A stretch of 64,000 nucleotides of DNA, taken from the human T2T-CHM13v2.0 reference genome, Homo sapiens. Of the stretch, positions 40,240 through 55,414 are shown one piece after another. How positions within the stretch are numbered: position 1 is the stretch's first letter; every line of letters starts with the position of its first letter. The stretch is taken from the NCBI RefSeq assembly GCF_009914755.1, contig NC_060948.1; one strand, written 5' to 3'. The notes under the pieces are model-generated. The model was not told the origin of the DNA and made no database searches. It was given only the letters and a program-made list of their open reading frames with translations. The translations under genes and the position numbers were made by a program.

Positions 40240-41948
40240 TGTGGTTCATTTTACCACTGAGAAATTATACAATTCAGGCTACTGGAGAGCACCTTGACCC
40301 TCTCAAACCCTGAATATAATTTGGGGAGTGGCAAGAAGACTGTGAAAAGAAACTGTCCCGGGAAGGGAGCTCACCCTGGATCCCCCGACCCTTTCTGAGA
40401 CCTAAGCAGCTACAGCAAGGTGCCATTTTTTATCTGTCATTTTAACAGACTGTGCATTGTACTATGCTGGACCTACACGTTAGGGAAACTCAGGTTGTTG
40501 CTTTTGGCACTTGATCATGGGGAGGGAGTTTTCTCCCACAACCAAGACTAGAAAGCGAGTGTGCTGTGGGCTACCAGTGACAGTACTGAGACACAGAATT
40601 GCCCCACATATGGGGTCCTGCCCCACATTCCCTGTGGCAGGACCTCAATAGTAAGGTGGCTGTCTCCCACACAAGCATTAAAACCTGCCCTACCCCTTCC
40701 ATTCATGGCTACAGAGGCTTGGGGCTGGGCAGGAACTTCCATGGTTTGGGGCTGATGTAGGATAGGCTCAAATTGCCGAATCTGACCCTGATGGGTCAGT
40801 GAGGTCAGCTGTGACAGATGGGTCTGAGGGGTAAGACACTCTAGGACTGGAGGATTTGAATGATGTGAGTCCCTCCCCTGCTGGGCAAGGCTGTGGCCTC
40901 TGAGGCTGTCTCACATTCCCCGTAGCAGGACCTCAGTGGGGAGGTGGCTGCCTCCTACACAAGCATTACACCAGAGGCCTGCCCCACCCTTCCCATCATG
41001 GCTAGTAAATACACTCCACATTGGAGCACCTGAGCAAAAAACCCACTCACCCCAGCTCCACCAGGCTTTGCTGACTCCTCTCAGACAGAAGGCATTGTCC
41101 AGGGTCCTGGGTGTTGCACCCAGTCCACCAGCTGGGTCACCAAAGTACTCCTCCTAGAGGTCTGACTTTGGGCCTAAACACACTTCTATTATCACCTCAG
41201 CAGGCTCCTACCTGCAAGTGCCACCTACTGACCCACACAGCCCATTGCAACCACTGCCAACACAAATGCAGAGTGCTTAGGGCCCAGAAGAGCATCTAAC
41301 CAGTGCTAGTCCTATTAACAATACCCTGCCAGCCACCCTAGGGGTCAATAGCCCATTCACTTGCCCTGTCCTCTGCTTCTGGCATCCACAGAAGCCACCC
41401 AGAGACCCAAGAATTGGTGCAGGCATACACCCTCCTGGGGCACAAGGTTAGAGATTAGCAAACCACTGAGACTACCAAAACCTAAATACAGTTTTTCTGG
41501 CATTCCAGTGCCCAGAAAAATATCACCACAGACTTAACTAATAACTGCACCTGACACATCACACAAACCACAGATTAAAATAATGCAATTTATAGTCAAA
41601 GAAACCATGCAAAGTGTGTGTACCCAGCACAAAGCCAAAGGACCCTACCCAACCAACATAATAGAAACATCTTTAGGGAAAATTCTCTATGCAAAAGAAT
41701 AAATTCAAAAATTGGAAGTAGTGACTGTTACTCTTGATGCACACTTGTCAATATAAAAACATTAGAAACTTCAAAAAGCAAAGAAAGTCCAGGCATGGTG
41801 GCTTATACCTGTGATCTCAACACTTTGGGATACCAAGGCAGGGTAACTTGAGCTCAGGAGTTTGACAGCAGCCAGACTGAAAGTTTAAAATGAGAAAATT
41901 GTATGTCATGTAAACAAAAACCAAAAGCAAGCAGGAACAGCTGTACTT
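40240..41948 (+). mobile_element. Old L1 (L1M1/L1MA-type) 5'UTR, ORF1 start and first part of the ORF2 endonuclease
   Basis: GC-rich UTR with diverged monomer repeats (40621-40710 vs 40910-41004); EN text AAAAACCAAAAGCAAGCAGGAACAGCTGTACTTA continues after 56000. Confidence 0.72.
41787..41873 (+). mobile_element. Alu left-arm/FLAM fragment at a deletion junction
   Basis: CCAGGCATGGTGGCTTATACCTGTGATCTCAACACTTTGGG...CTTGAGCTCAGGAGTTTGA ends abruptly in L1 ORF2. Confidence 0.8.
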
Positions 41949-41949
41949 A

Positions 41950-42618
41950 GAACAAAGAGACACTGACCAGTGTCATTCACCAGTTTTTGTGAAGCAAAGT
42001 GACCTCCACATTCCCTGAGCATCTTCTTCACTTCTGCCTCAACAACTCCTTGACCACAGACATGTCGCTGTGTTTCCATACTCACAGTAGTGGCTGTGGT
42101 GGCTTCCATAAACACAGAGGAGATGGTGTCATGACAGCCTGAATGATTTCTGCTCCTTCTCATCCAGCATGGGTCTCAATTACAACTATAGCCTTACGGT
42201 TCCAGCTCAGGCTAGGACAGCTCCAAGCTTCCAATCTCACGACCACTTTGCATCAACAGTAGCAGCCACCACCACTGCAGAACTCTTCCAAGCCTGTTAT
42301 TGTTCAGGGTCTGCTTCTAGAGTACTACCATGCTGTCAGCCTCTGGCTCACCTGCTAACCACTTCCCTGACCTCCAGGGATCCATCAGGGCCAGGGTAAG
42401 GCCCAACCCCAACCCTGCCAGCCACCATCACTTTAACCCCCCTAGGGCACTTTTACCTGCTTCATCAAGCAGCAGGGTCCCAACCAGTACCCTTTAGGCC
42501 AGAGGTCTACCTCCTCTGCTGGTAGGGGGCACAGTTGTGGGGCCTTGGCAGTGCCTGATGGTGCCAAAGGTGGCAAAACACCTGTCAGGCCAAAATCAGA
42601 TGGTGGCCTGGGTCTAAG
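41950..42618 (+). pseudogene. SFPQP1: SFPQ processed pseudogene, 5' part (5'UTR and Gly/Pro/Gln-rich N-terminus)
   Basis: GAAGCAAAGTGACCTCCACATTCCCTGAGCATCTTCTTC...CCTTGACCACAGACATGTC matches the recalled SFPQ 5'UTR and start codon (ATG at 42062); GGCATGGGCCTCAAT-like and CAACAGTAGCAGCCACCACCA segments; ends GGTCTAAG at the LTR. The gene symbol is from memory. Confidence 0.85.
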
Positions 42619-44852
42619 TGTTACTGGTGGAGGGTGTCCGAGTTCTTGGCATTTAGAACAAAGAACCGGTGAAAACACAAAAAGAAAGTACAGAAAGAAT
42701 CGAGCAACAAAAGCAGATATTTATTGAAAACAAAAGTACAGTTCACAGGGTGAGAGTGGGCACAGGCATAGGGGCTCAAGAACCCCATTACAAAATTTTC
42801 TGTGGTTTAAGTACCCTCTACAGGTTTCTATTGCTTACTTGGTATACACCCTATGTAAATGAAAATGATGAAATAAAGTTACAAAGTCATCTACTCATTG
42901 TACGCCCTATGTAAATGGTAGAGTATATTTCCTGTGATAGCAAAAGTGTTTCCATTTGATTTAGTTCTAGGAAGTCAGTGTGAATTGGTTTGATGTTTCC
43001 TGCCTCTAGACCCTGTTTTTCTGCCTCATTTCTTCCTGAGAGATGTGATCCCCATAAATCATTACGGGAGGCAGTGAGACCAATGGTCTTTTTTTTTTTT
43101 TTTTGTAACTACTTCATGCTGGCTTGGGGTATAGTCCTTACCTACTGGGCATCATGGAACTCTTGCCCTGCTCTGTCTAGTGGAGGCAGGGTAGCTCCCT
43201 GATAGGCAGGGGTGTTGTCTTGACCTGGAACTGGCTGAAACCCTTGTTGCATGACCTTCTGAAGTTTAATGGTCTCCAGGTGAGAGGAAATGAACTTGGT
43301 TAAAAGATTTAATGGAAGCTTTAGGGGTGGATATCTGTACTATTAAAAATGGTTGTTATAGAGATTTGCAGGAGAAAAACAAAACCTGGTCTGTGGTTTG
43401 TCCTAGGATCTATGTGTTTCCTTAAAGCCTTAGCATGAGTGATTCCATTTTAGTTTTGTTTGGTCTGTTGAATTCTAGTGCATAAGTTCAATCCAAAACA
43501 ATAGCTTTCCATAACTTTGTTTTTAAAAAATCCTCATTTGGTCAGGTTCTCACTTAGGTGAGAGTGTGGCCAAAACTCCACTCTCAGTTACCATCATTTT
43601 GGGTTACTGGTCTCAGCACATCATTCATAAGTTACATTATCCTCAGGGTTGCATATTTCTTTCAGCTCTTGTCATTCCACTTGAAAAGTGACCATTTGAC
43701 ATTCTAGAGATGGCTGCCAGAAAGCACTTAAAACCTTTGAGAGAATACAGCACACTAGGGATACTATTATTTTGACTATTGGGAGGATAATACCAAGAGT
43801 TTGGAGGATGCTCTTTACCCAGAGTCCTCATAAACCAAACCCCTAAAATTGAATAGATCAAAGAATGCACTGGATAGAGTCTATTTATTAACTAAGCAAT
43901 CTCTTTATCAGTCCCCTACCACTGAATCTCTATAATCTTCATTTGGTGTATTTCTCCATAGGCCACAAGTGTCAGCAACTGCACAGATACTTCTCTGTTC
44001 AGCCAATTCTATCATAACTTTCACAAGAGAATTTAGTCTGTTGTGTATCTATAGTCTTTACAGTAAAATCTGCTATAGAGCCTATTATGAGGGATACATT
44101 CCTTTTTTTTTTAACTCTAAACTATGGAAAAAGGACTTACCAAATCATGCCCTTCTAGAAGAGTGAAGTCTTCCTTGCAATGTTTTTTTCTTTAACCCAT
44201 GATGTGGTTTAAGATGAGTGAACCAATGTTCTGTTTCTGATTTTGAGGCAATGTATGTACCACTAAAGCTTTTCACTTACATTAGGCCTTCATATTTTAT
44301 CGAAGTGTGTTATCCATATACAAGGCTGACTGCAAACTCCTTCACAAATGAAAGTATACCTTGTAAGTGCACATATCAGACCACTTTTCCACTTCTATTG
44401 TTCATGGAGGCATAAGCAAGAAAAAATATTAAAAGATAAGAGTCTCATGACAGTAGAAGTCTTAATCTGTGAACTTAGGAAAAGCTGTTCACATCAAGGA
44501 TGCCATCTTCTTGGGAAAAACTTCCCTGGTTAGTTTTACCTTAACAGTTCATATGAGAGTACTGTTTCAAGAGTGTGGAGGGGTCCTTCTCTGTTGTGAG
44601 ATGATGAATCCAAAGTTCAAGTTTCCAAAGCTTTACTGCAATGTGGATGGCAAGGACAATCTTTGTCTGATGTTCTCAGAAGATTCAATCTTAGGGTTCT
44701 GTGTTGTGAAAAGGTTGTCCTCAGTGAACCATAAAATGCTTTCTTCACCTGGTGAAAATACACTAAATAATAACTTAGTGTAATAATGTCAGCCCTTTTG
44801 CATGGGACAGCTTTTATACAACAAGAAAACATGCATTGAAAATAACATTTGA

Positions 44853-45158
<306 letters not shown>

Positions 45159-46316
45159 TTAAATCCCTTTATAAAATTTTTAAATGGCCCATCAGGTGAC
45201 CAAATGTACCTGAAGCTTTGATTGTTTTCCAGGAATATGGAACCAAACATTGGTTATAAACTGTTTTAGTAATATAAAAGTCATCACATGAATATACTCA
45301 ATTTGGATCATTTTATATTTTCCATCATGAGTCATGGTATACATATCTTTTAATAGTAAAAACTTTAAAAACTCAGGAAGGACAAAGTGGCCTCTCTGGT
45401 TCTCCATAAGTCCATGCTTACTTAACTTTAGACTTATATCCTCTTGAATACCAGCTGCTTCTTCAAATTAGGTGCATAGCATTGATAATTGGAGTTAGTA
45501 TAGGTAATTTGACTTAGACCATGGAGTCCATTGAAATTGTACATCTAAACAATTTCAGTAGCAGCTGGCTTAACATGGAAACTTGATAAGATATTTTCTT
45601 GGTATTTAATTAATTGTTTTGTTCTACTTGGGTTAGAACAAGGAAATTTGGTTATTTCTTTTGTCTACAATAAGTTAACATAATAATCATAATTGTAATT
45701 GATAGCATATACTCAGACATATTAGAATTTTAGGAATCTCATATAATTTTGGAACATCTATTAATATTATTCACTATAATATAATCTAAAGCTGACTAAT
45801 TTTTTTTTTATTTTGGCAATGCTTGCCATGTAACTAAACATGTCAAAGAATAAAAGACAATTTTAAAGCTGAAATTTTATTTTGGGAAGTCTATTAAATA
45901 TGCTAAAGGTTTAAAAAATTTACATTCTCATGACTTCTTATAATCTTTTACCAAAAACACATTCTATTGTTCTTACATACCTTGCATGTAAAACTGTTTC
46001 TAGTAGTCTGAATTACATGTTATAAGGGTGACTTTTAGCAATTTTAATTTTAATGTCAACCCTCGTAAATTATATTGATTATGTCCTAGGTGCTAAGGCT
46101 ATTTCTAGCGTAGCTGGGTGTGTGGCCAACTCCATATGACCCTAGGCCTTACCTAGCTGTACAGCAGGCAAGTTAAACAATTTTCAAAACAACATAATTT
46201 AGACTACATGTTTACATTTCGAAGACATTTATATTTTACCAGTAAACTTTAAAACTGTTTTTTATTTTCCAAGGATATCTCAAGTCACATGATCTAAATA
46301 AAAGGCATGTTACACT

Positions 46317-46813
46317 TAACAGAGCAGGAGCATCACCACCTTGGACAAGCTCCTAATTCTAAAGTTCACTTTAATAAAAAACCACCTAAATCCAAAGGGC
46401 ATCAGTCTAATGGCTAAGGTCAGCATAACCATAAACCACAAATAATATCTCCAACCAGAAACATTCCAAACTCTTCTCTGACCAGAGACATGCTAGACCC
46501 AAGATAAGCCTCCTCCAGCTGGGAAGATGCCAGCCTCGATTTAACCCCCTCCGGGCCGGTAAGATGTCTGCCCCAAGATAACCTCCCCTCCTCCCAGAGA
46601 GATTCCAACCCTGCCATAAACTTCTCCACACACATAAACATTCCAAGCTTCTAAGTTCCCTCACCCTGAAACCAATATACACCCTTAGTCTGTAAGAGAA
46701 AGGGCTCCTGACTGAAATTGGCCAGGGGTGCGTCTCAGGTTTTAACTAAAGAAAACCTGTCTTTAACTGACAGACATGTTTCATGTTGCTTTCCTCTTTC
46801 TGTAGCTCTTACA
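46317..46813 (+). mobile_element. LTR19-type solo LTR
   Basis: TAACAGAGCAGGAGCATCACCACCTTGGACAAGC...CTCTTACA; perfect 5-bp TSD ACACT. Confidence 0.85.
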
Positions 46814-47936
46814 ACACTTTTTACTTTCTTGACAAAATATTTGATTTAAGCTTATTATTATTAAAACAATTAATTAAAGCTCCTTTATATTACACACACA
46901 ACACATATAAACACACATACAGACAGAAGATAAAGGACTAATTCCCTAAGCAAGACCCTAAACCTGGGCCACCACTCTGAAAACAGAAAGCATGGCCACA
47001 TGATTACAAGGTCAAGCTCCCAGGACATGACTGACCAGTCTGCTGGGCCATCTTGAATAGTGGACCTACAGGGTCCTAGGCACACATTTTATTCTAAGGT
47101 ACCCCTTTTTATGATAGACCAATATGGAAAGACAGACACACAAAGCACATCAGATTCACTACAGCTTAAGACCAGCCTTGGGATTTTTTTGTATTAATTA
47201 AAACTTTACAGAGGAGATAAGCGGTGACTTTTAGTATTTATTTAACGAGTTTTCACAGAGAGAGAGGGCCAGAGTCTGACTGGTAAGAAATTCTTACCCT
47301 TTTCCCAGCATGCCACGTTTCTGGGTTATCTCCCTAACAGCCCTACCAACTCTGCTTAACTGTAAACACCTTGCCATGAATTAAGAATATTCACAAATAG
47401 TTTATAAATTTTGGAGAAATCAGGCAGAGAAAGAAATATGACTAAAATTCTACTTATGAGTGTATTCTTAACACACTTAAAGTATCAGGAAGCCTAAAAT
47501 CCAAAAATGTTAGTTTAAAGTTGAAAAGCTTGTGTGCTCCATTAATTTCTGAGGGCCTGAAAAAAGTAGCCTAGGAATTCTAGATAAATGGAACAAATGA
47601 TGACTTGCTAGAAATGCATAGGAAACAAAATAACCATTCACAAAACCAAATAAAAGCCTTCTACTAGAAACTTTTTTAAAAAATTATGGGTTTATATATG
47701 CATCCCCAAGCAAAGCCAGAGGAGAATAAACAGCGAACAAATGAAAATTAGAAGCTAAACAAATAAACAGGAAATCAACCCTAACTTTTTCTAACTCAAT
47801 TTACCCTAAAGGATACAGTGTTACCCAGGGCCCCAAAAAACCCACATAATGAGTATTTTATTCCTGATTCACAATTCAATATCCTTAAGTTTACCAATAT
47901 CATAATACATTCTGTGCAATCAAGAAGTTCACTTTG

Positions 47937-48337
<401 letters not shown>

Positions 48338-48689
48338 CTAAATTTGGCTTCATGCTTAACTACATTAAAAAAAAGAATTGCCAAACTGTAGATATGATAC
48401 TTCTTATTTTGCTTTAATCAGGATTGAGAGCTTTATGAAAATGTTATTAGCTAAATGTCTCCAATTCTGTATCAGGTCCTAAAGAATATTTTATTATCTA
48501 AACTTTTTCCATATCTTTCTCCTCTACTTAGTGGTTCCTTACTACATTGTTTCATAAATAACATTTTAAAATCTGTAATTTGAACTAATATTTAGATAAC
48601 TTCTGAGTTAGACAAAATTATTATTTTTCTCACTAATAACATAATGCTTGTTGGCACATTTTGTATACAGAATTATGTGTTAACTAGAA

Positions 48690-48996
<307 letters not shown>

Positions 48997-49852
48997 GTGT
49001 TAACTAGAATTCTTATCCTTACTAACCTAAAGCTTTAGTGAAACCTTAAAAAGCAAGAAATCCTGAACTATCAGATATGGACATTTATAGATCAGAATAA
49101 TTCCACAATTTTTAGAAACATATTTCCCCCTATCATAACCTGTTCTTAGTCAGAAATTACCCAGATATTGAGTGAACATCAAAAATAATTTGAAGATTTT
49201 AATTTACACAAAAAGTTTACCTAAAACATTATCCTTCATTACACTCACTTCTTTCACTTTTAATGGTTTATCTAGATTACTCTGTAAACTGAGATATTAG
49301 TATCATTTAAAGTTAGTTATTTCCTTGTTAACCATATTTTTAGTAGTCTGTGAATATCAGGTGCTCACCTAAACCTAAATAAGAGCCTCAAAGTTAAAAA
49401 CCTAGGTATTTTTGCCAATAACGCAAAAAGTTTAGCCAACATTTAATTGCTCAAAAAAGGGTGGGGACACACGCAAACAAAGATCATTTTATTTTGGCTG
49501 GCTTTACAGTTTTATAACCTTCTACAACAAACACTGACATCTCAAAATTATCTAGCAAAGACAAACATAAAATCCAGACAAAAATGTATGCAGCCAATTC
49601 TGAAGGCATTTGTGTTTTTATTTTACCAACAACTTTAAAGCCAGCTTGTTTAGGAAAGTTATATCGAGTCATGTGAACTTGAAAATTGCTTACACTTATT
49701 TACTTAATTTCTTGGCACTCTTTCACTTAGGCCAATTTGGTAGACACAACATATAACAATAAGTGTACATACAAATAAACACATCTAGATATGGATACAC
49801 ATACACAAATGAAGATCTAATTGCTTAAAATCCTAGCCATGAGATAACAGTA

Positions 49853-50218
49853 TGTGGAATACAGTAAGAAATTCTTCTTCAAAGGTCCAGCTTGTTTAAG
49901 TTTCCTCATCCTTTGTTCCCTGCTTTCAAGGCCATACTTCTTTACTTTTTGTGTCCCCCCGCCCTGGTAAACAACTTTCCCACCAGTCCTTATCTATAGA
50001 GCCTACATTCCACATCTGCTACCCACTCTGTGAGTTAGCCCTCCCCATCAGGAAACGGCTACTCCCAGCCAAAACTGACTTTCCCACCTTCCCACCGGTA
50101 TAACTGCATTCCTGCACTTTTCAAGTTAGCCAACCAGGTTCAGGTTAAATTGTGCAATCCAACTTCAGCCAATGGAAGCAGGACACAGTAAAAGGGACGA
50201 GCTGCGTTAGAGGTGATA

Positions 50219-50254
<36 letters not shown>

Positions 50255-50401
50255 CCCTGCTTTCCTTTTTGTGTGTGCTCTCCTGGCGACCAGACCTACG
50301 AGGGGCACCCTCCTGCAGGAGTAAATTTGCCTTGCTGTGCAAATTTATATTCAAGTGCTATTCTTTTTTATTTTGTGGCACCGAAAAATCTGCTTCTAAC
50401 A
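49853..50401 (+). mobile_element. LTR10-family (HERV-I group) solo LTR
   Basis: TG...CA ends; AGTTAGCCAACC and CAGCCAATGG CCAAT boxes; AGTAAA poly-A signal; end GGCACCGAAAAATCTGCTTCTAACA; TSD CAGTA/CAATA. Confidence 0.78.
50220..50255. repeat. (AAC)12 microsatellite
   Basis: Twelve perfect AAC units directly after GATAAA in the LTR10-type LTR. Confidence 0.95.
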
Positions 50402-50943
50402 CAATACAAGGTCACCAGTTTGTTTGCCCCAATAGATAATCCAATGAACGCTGTGAAACAAATTATCAGGTAAAGCTGTTTTTATGGCTGTTTGATATTT
50501 AAAGGCCAAACTTCCCCAGACCTCAAAAACACTGGGCAAAACAGCATCAAAGGAGAGCCTCAGTTGTTAACCAGGCCCCCTGCTTAGAACAGCAGCACAC
50601 AATCCTGGATACATGTAATGCCATCCCTTTTTCCCATTCAACAGTGAACTACAGATTCCAAAGAATATAGTGGCCAAACAGTATTGTAACTGCAAGAGAA
50701 AATTCTAAGGAGGGCTTTGTACTAGACCTCAGAACCTCTGCCAAGGGCTTCTCTTTGGGCGGGTTGAGGTCCAGAGGATGCCCAGGACATCTCCCTGTGG
50801 GGTCCAGTCTTAGATTATAAGACGTCTCTGACCTTAGGTGGGCAATAGTGCTGCTTTGCCTGCATTCACTTCAGAGGTGATGGTCTACTATGAGCTTTCC
50901 TTTGATACCTGGGTGTAATCCCCAACTTTTGGCATCTTTATAA

Positions 50944-51684
50944 GGTAACAGTCCAAGGAGTTCAGCTTGCCCACTGCCTAGACAGAGTCAATTTATCAAG
51001 TCAGGGGAAATTGCAGTGGAGAAAAAGTAATTTACTCAGAACTGGCTGTGCAGGAGACCAGAGTCTTATTATTCAAATCAGTGTCCTCAGACATTTGGGA
51101 ATCAGTGTTTTTAAAGATACTTTGGCAGGTAAGAGCTTGGGAAGAGGGGACTGCTGATTGGTCAGGTTGAAGATTTCCATCTTCTAGAGGGACGAAGTGA
51201 GTTTTTCTTGCTGTCTTCTATTCCTGGGTGGAATGACAGAACTGGTTGGGCCAGATTACCAGTCTGGGTGGTGTCAGCTGATGCATTAAGTACAGGGTCT
51301 GCAAAATATCTCAAGCACTGATCTTAGGTTTTACAATAGTGATGTTATCCCCAGTAGCAATGTGGGGAGGTTCAAATTCTTAGAGCCCGAGGCTGCATGA
51401 CCTCAAAGCTGTAATTTCTAATCTTGTAGCTATTTTTTTTCAGTCCTGCAAAAGCAAATTGGTTCCTAGAACAGGAAGAGGTTTTTTTGCAGGGGAAATG
51501 GGCAGTTATCAATTTCATTTCAGAGTTCAAGCATCAACTGAATTCCTTGCCAAAGTTAGTGCAGCCTATGCCCAGGAATAAACAAAGACAGCTTAAATGT
51601 TACAAGCAAGACGGAGTCAGTTAGGTCTGATTTTTTTTTGACTGTCATGATTTCCTCAGTTATAATTTTGCAAAGGCAGTTTCA
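50944..51684 (-). mobile_element. LTR8 solo LTR
   Basis: Minus strand begins TGAAACTGCCTTTGCAAAATTATAACTGAGGAAATCATGACAG; 4-bp TSD ATAA. Confidence 0.88.
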
Positions 51685-52114
51685 ATAATTTGATAAGACC
51701 ACACTTTCCCATGCTTCTGGTTCCATTAGAGTGATAGCCATATAATAATAGAAATTGTATTAATAGAAATAATAGAAACTGTAACATAGAAAGTGGAGGC
51801 TGGGTAGGCTTCTTTTGTCCTTAGCCAGTTGAGTACGGAAGGGAAGAATTTAGCATTAGAAAAGGTTTAAATCACCTGAAACACATGCAAATTTGCTCTG
51901 AGCTGTGTCACATGTAGCAATCAGGCACCACAACCAGAAAAGATAGAAAATAGTCGTTTAGAGTGGCCTGAGCAGAAACCTGCAGTTGCCACGTCTTTAG
52001 CTGCTGCCCACCAAGGGTTCCAGTTGAAAAAAAAAAAGAGAGAGTGAGAGACAGATTCCCTTGTATTGACCACAAAGGAAAAGGAGAAAAATAAATGCCA
52101 AACTCTGGGCTTAA

Positions 52115-52132
52115 CTTCTGGCTGGCTTGCCA
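52115..52132 (-). promoter_or_regulatory. Primer-binding site complementary to the tRNA-Arg 3' end
   Basis: Minus strand TGGCAAGCCAGCCAGAAG vs the expected TGGCGAGCCAGCCAGGAG (2 mismatches), 5 nt downstream of the 5' LTR. Confidence 0.8.
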
Positions 52133-52256
52133 AAATATGCTACGAATGGAGTGTGTCCAAGTTCTTGGCATTTTGAGCAAAGAAGTGGTGAAAATGCACA
52201 AATAAAGCAAGGAAAAGATCAACAAAAGCAGAGAGTTATTAAAAACAAAAGTACAT

Positions 52257-52554
<298 letters not shown>

Positions 52555-54332
52555 GTACACTTCACAGCGTGGGAGTGGACCCAAGCATAGGGGTTCAAGA
52601 GGCCAATTACAAAATTTTCTGGGGCTTAAATGCCCTCTTGAGGTTTCCATTGGTTACTTGGTGTATGCCCTATGGAAATGAACAGATGAGGTAAAGTTAC
52701 GAAGTCATTTACTCAGTGTATACCCTATGTAAATGAAGAGGATATTTCCTGTGATAGCTGAACTGTTGCCATTTGATTAGTTATAGGAAGTCAGTGTGAC
52801 TTGGTTTGATGTTTCCTGCCTCCAGACCCTATTCTCTTGCCTCACAAGCACTCCTGGTGGCCACCACAAGCCACCACATTAAAGTTGTGGGGAGCCCTTA
52901 GAAGCCACCAGCACCACCTGCCCTACCACCAGCAGTATGAGTAAAGGCCCCTGCCTGGCAGGCTCTGTGGCCACAATAAGACCTCAGTTTAGAAGAAGTT
53001 TAAAGCCAATTTCTATCTCCTAAAGCATGGAGAGAAAAGTTACATACAGTGCTTTTGGTTGTTTGTTAAACATTGGAGGTGGTCAACTTCAAGTCTGCTT
53101 AGCCACATATGTTGCTGTACTTTTTTGTTGTTGTTCACCATAAATATTATGTTTCCAAAGAACTATTGGAAGAAACTTTTAACCAGCTTGGTGCTATTGA
53201 AAGGACCATTTAATAATGGATGAACATGGAATATCTATAGGAAAAAGCATTGTTGAATTTATTCTAGATTAGTAGTAGCAAGAAAGGCATTTGAATGATG
53301 CAGTAAAGATGTTTTCTTACTGACAACTCCTCATCTAGTCATTGTGAAACCACTCGAACAACTAAATGGTGATGACAGTATTCTTGAAAAAATTTCACAG
53401 AAGGGTCCAGTGTATCAAAAGAGAGATAAATCGCTCCTCATTTTGCCCTATATGACATTTAATTCTGAATATTCTTAGTGATGGAAGTCCTTGGATGAAA
53501 CAAAACAGCAAAGGAATCATGTTGAAAAAACATGAATCATGTAAAATACTAATTTGGAAAGTGAAATAGGAGATGCACTCAAGGAACATCAAGGAAATCT
53601 TTTGCACCAAGATCTGATAAGGCAGGAGGAAGAATTATGATGCATGCAAAAACTTCACAATCAAGGAATGCAGAAACATAAAGAAATGCAATTGAGGCAA
53701 GAGGAGAAACGACAGAGGAGGAAAAGATGATGATTCATTGATATGGGATGGAAGAACAGATGAGGCACCAAATTACAGGAAAATTACAGTCAGATGGGCT
53801 ACATGGATCCAAGAGAAAGAGATATGAGAATGGGTGGCACAGGAGATCCCTATGGTTCAGGAGGCCAGAAATGTCCACCTCTAGATGATAATGATGGCAT
53901 AGGTTATGACACTAATTTTAGAATTCCATTAGAAACCACGAGTGGATCCATGAAGGAAAGTGTCATGTGTATGGAGTGATTTGGGCAAGAAGACACAGGA
54001 CTTGTGGGGGGAAGGGTCCTAGATGAATGGAGCCCAGAATTCCACAGGGATATTGTAGAGGGAGAGAAGAGTATAAAGTCTCAAAGAACACCAATTTGAT
54101 ATGTAATATCTAGAGTTTCATTCCAATTACTTACTGTCTTTTCTTGTTTAGATACCAATCATTTACATTATTGCATTTTAGTAAGAAAACTACCTTTTTA
54201 TGGATGTTAGCAGGTTATTGATTTAATACTTTTAAATGTTTTGTGCAGATAAAATTATGTAATATAGTGTTAGAAATAAAATAAAGATTTTCCCTTTTTA
54301 TTTCACCTCCTCATTTTTTTTCAACAGTATAA

Positions 54333-54682
<350 letters not shown>

Positions 54683-54910
54683 TGTGCTACCATTTTTGTA
54701 CTTTGCTTCAAATAAATACCTAAATAGTTATAATGTTGATCTTCAACTTTGCCATTCATGCATATATGTATATTAGACTAGGTATCCCACTTTGAAACAT
54801 GAAAGTGTCAAGGCCTTTGAATGGCATTTGCCATTTCTGGAAAATGTATCTGGAGGCTAAATACTGCTTTCTACAAATAACTGCCCCCCTTGTTTTAGAA
54901 AGAAGGAATC

Positions 54911-55226
54911 AGCCGGGCGCAGTTGCTAACACCTGTAATCCCAGCACTTTGGGAGGCCGAGGTGTGCAGATCACGAGGTCAGGAGTTTGAGACCAGCCTG
55001 GCCAACATAGCAAAGCCGCATCTCTACTAAAAATACAAAAAATTAGCCAGGCATGGTGGGCGCCTGTAATCCCCACTACTCAGGAGACTGAGGCAGGAGA
55101 ATCGTTTAAACCTGGGAGGCGGATGTTGCAGTGAGCCGAGATCACGCCACTGCTCTCCAGCCTGGGCCACACTAGCCCAGGAGATAGTATGAGACTCTGT
55201 CTCAAAAAAAAAAAAAAAAAAAAAAA
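54911..55226 (+). mobile_element. AluS (Sg-like) in the pseudogene 3'UTR
   Basis: Full-length Alu with poly-A; TSD AAGAAG(G/A)AAT. Confidence 0.92.
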
Positions 55227-55414
55227 GGGAAGAAGAAATGCAATTGAAGTAGATTTCCTTATTTATTTGGCATTATAGGAAACAAACCAGTGCTATGTAT
55301 ATTTAAATGGTCATGTAAGTGAAGCTGAAATGTAAATCTTGATTCAAGAAAATATATTAAGATTGTGTAATGGGTGTAGGACAATTGGTAGGGGGTGAAA
55401 ATGGGTTTGGTTAA

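Noticed and set aside
40621-41004. Diverged ~90-bp direct repeats about 290 bp apart
   Set aside because: Consistent with the monomer repeats normal in old L1 5'UTRs.
50145-50473. PolyQ, polyT and polyV ORFs
   Set aside because: They are reading-frame artefacts of the (AAC)12 microsatellite in an LTR.
53794-53979. 61-aa SFPQ-like ORF as a functional micropeptide
   Set aside because: It is a chance stop-free stretch of a decayed pseudogene with many non-conservative changes and no evidence of expression.
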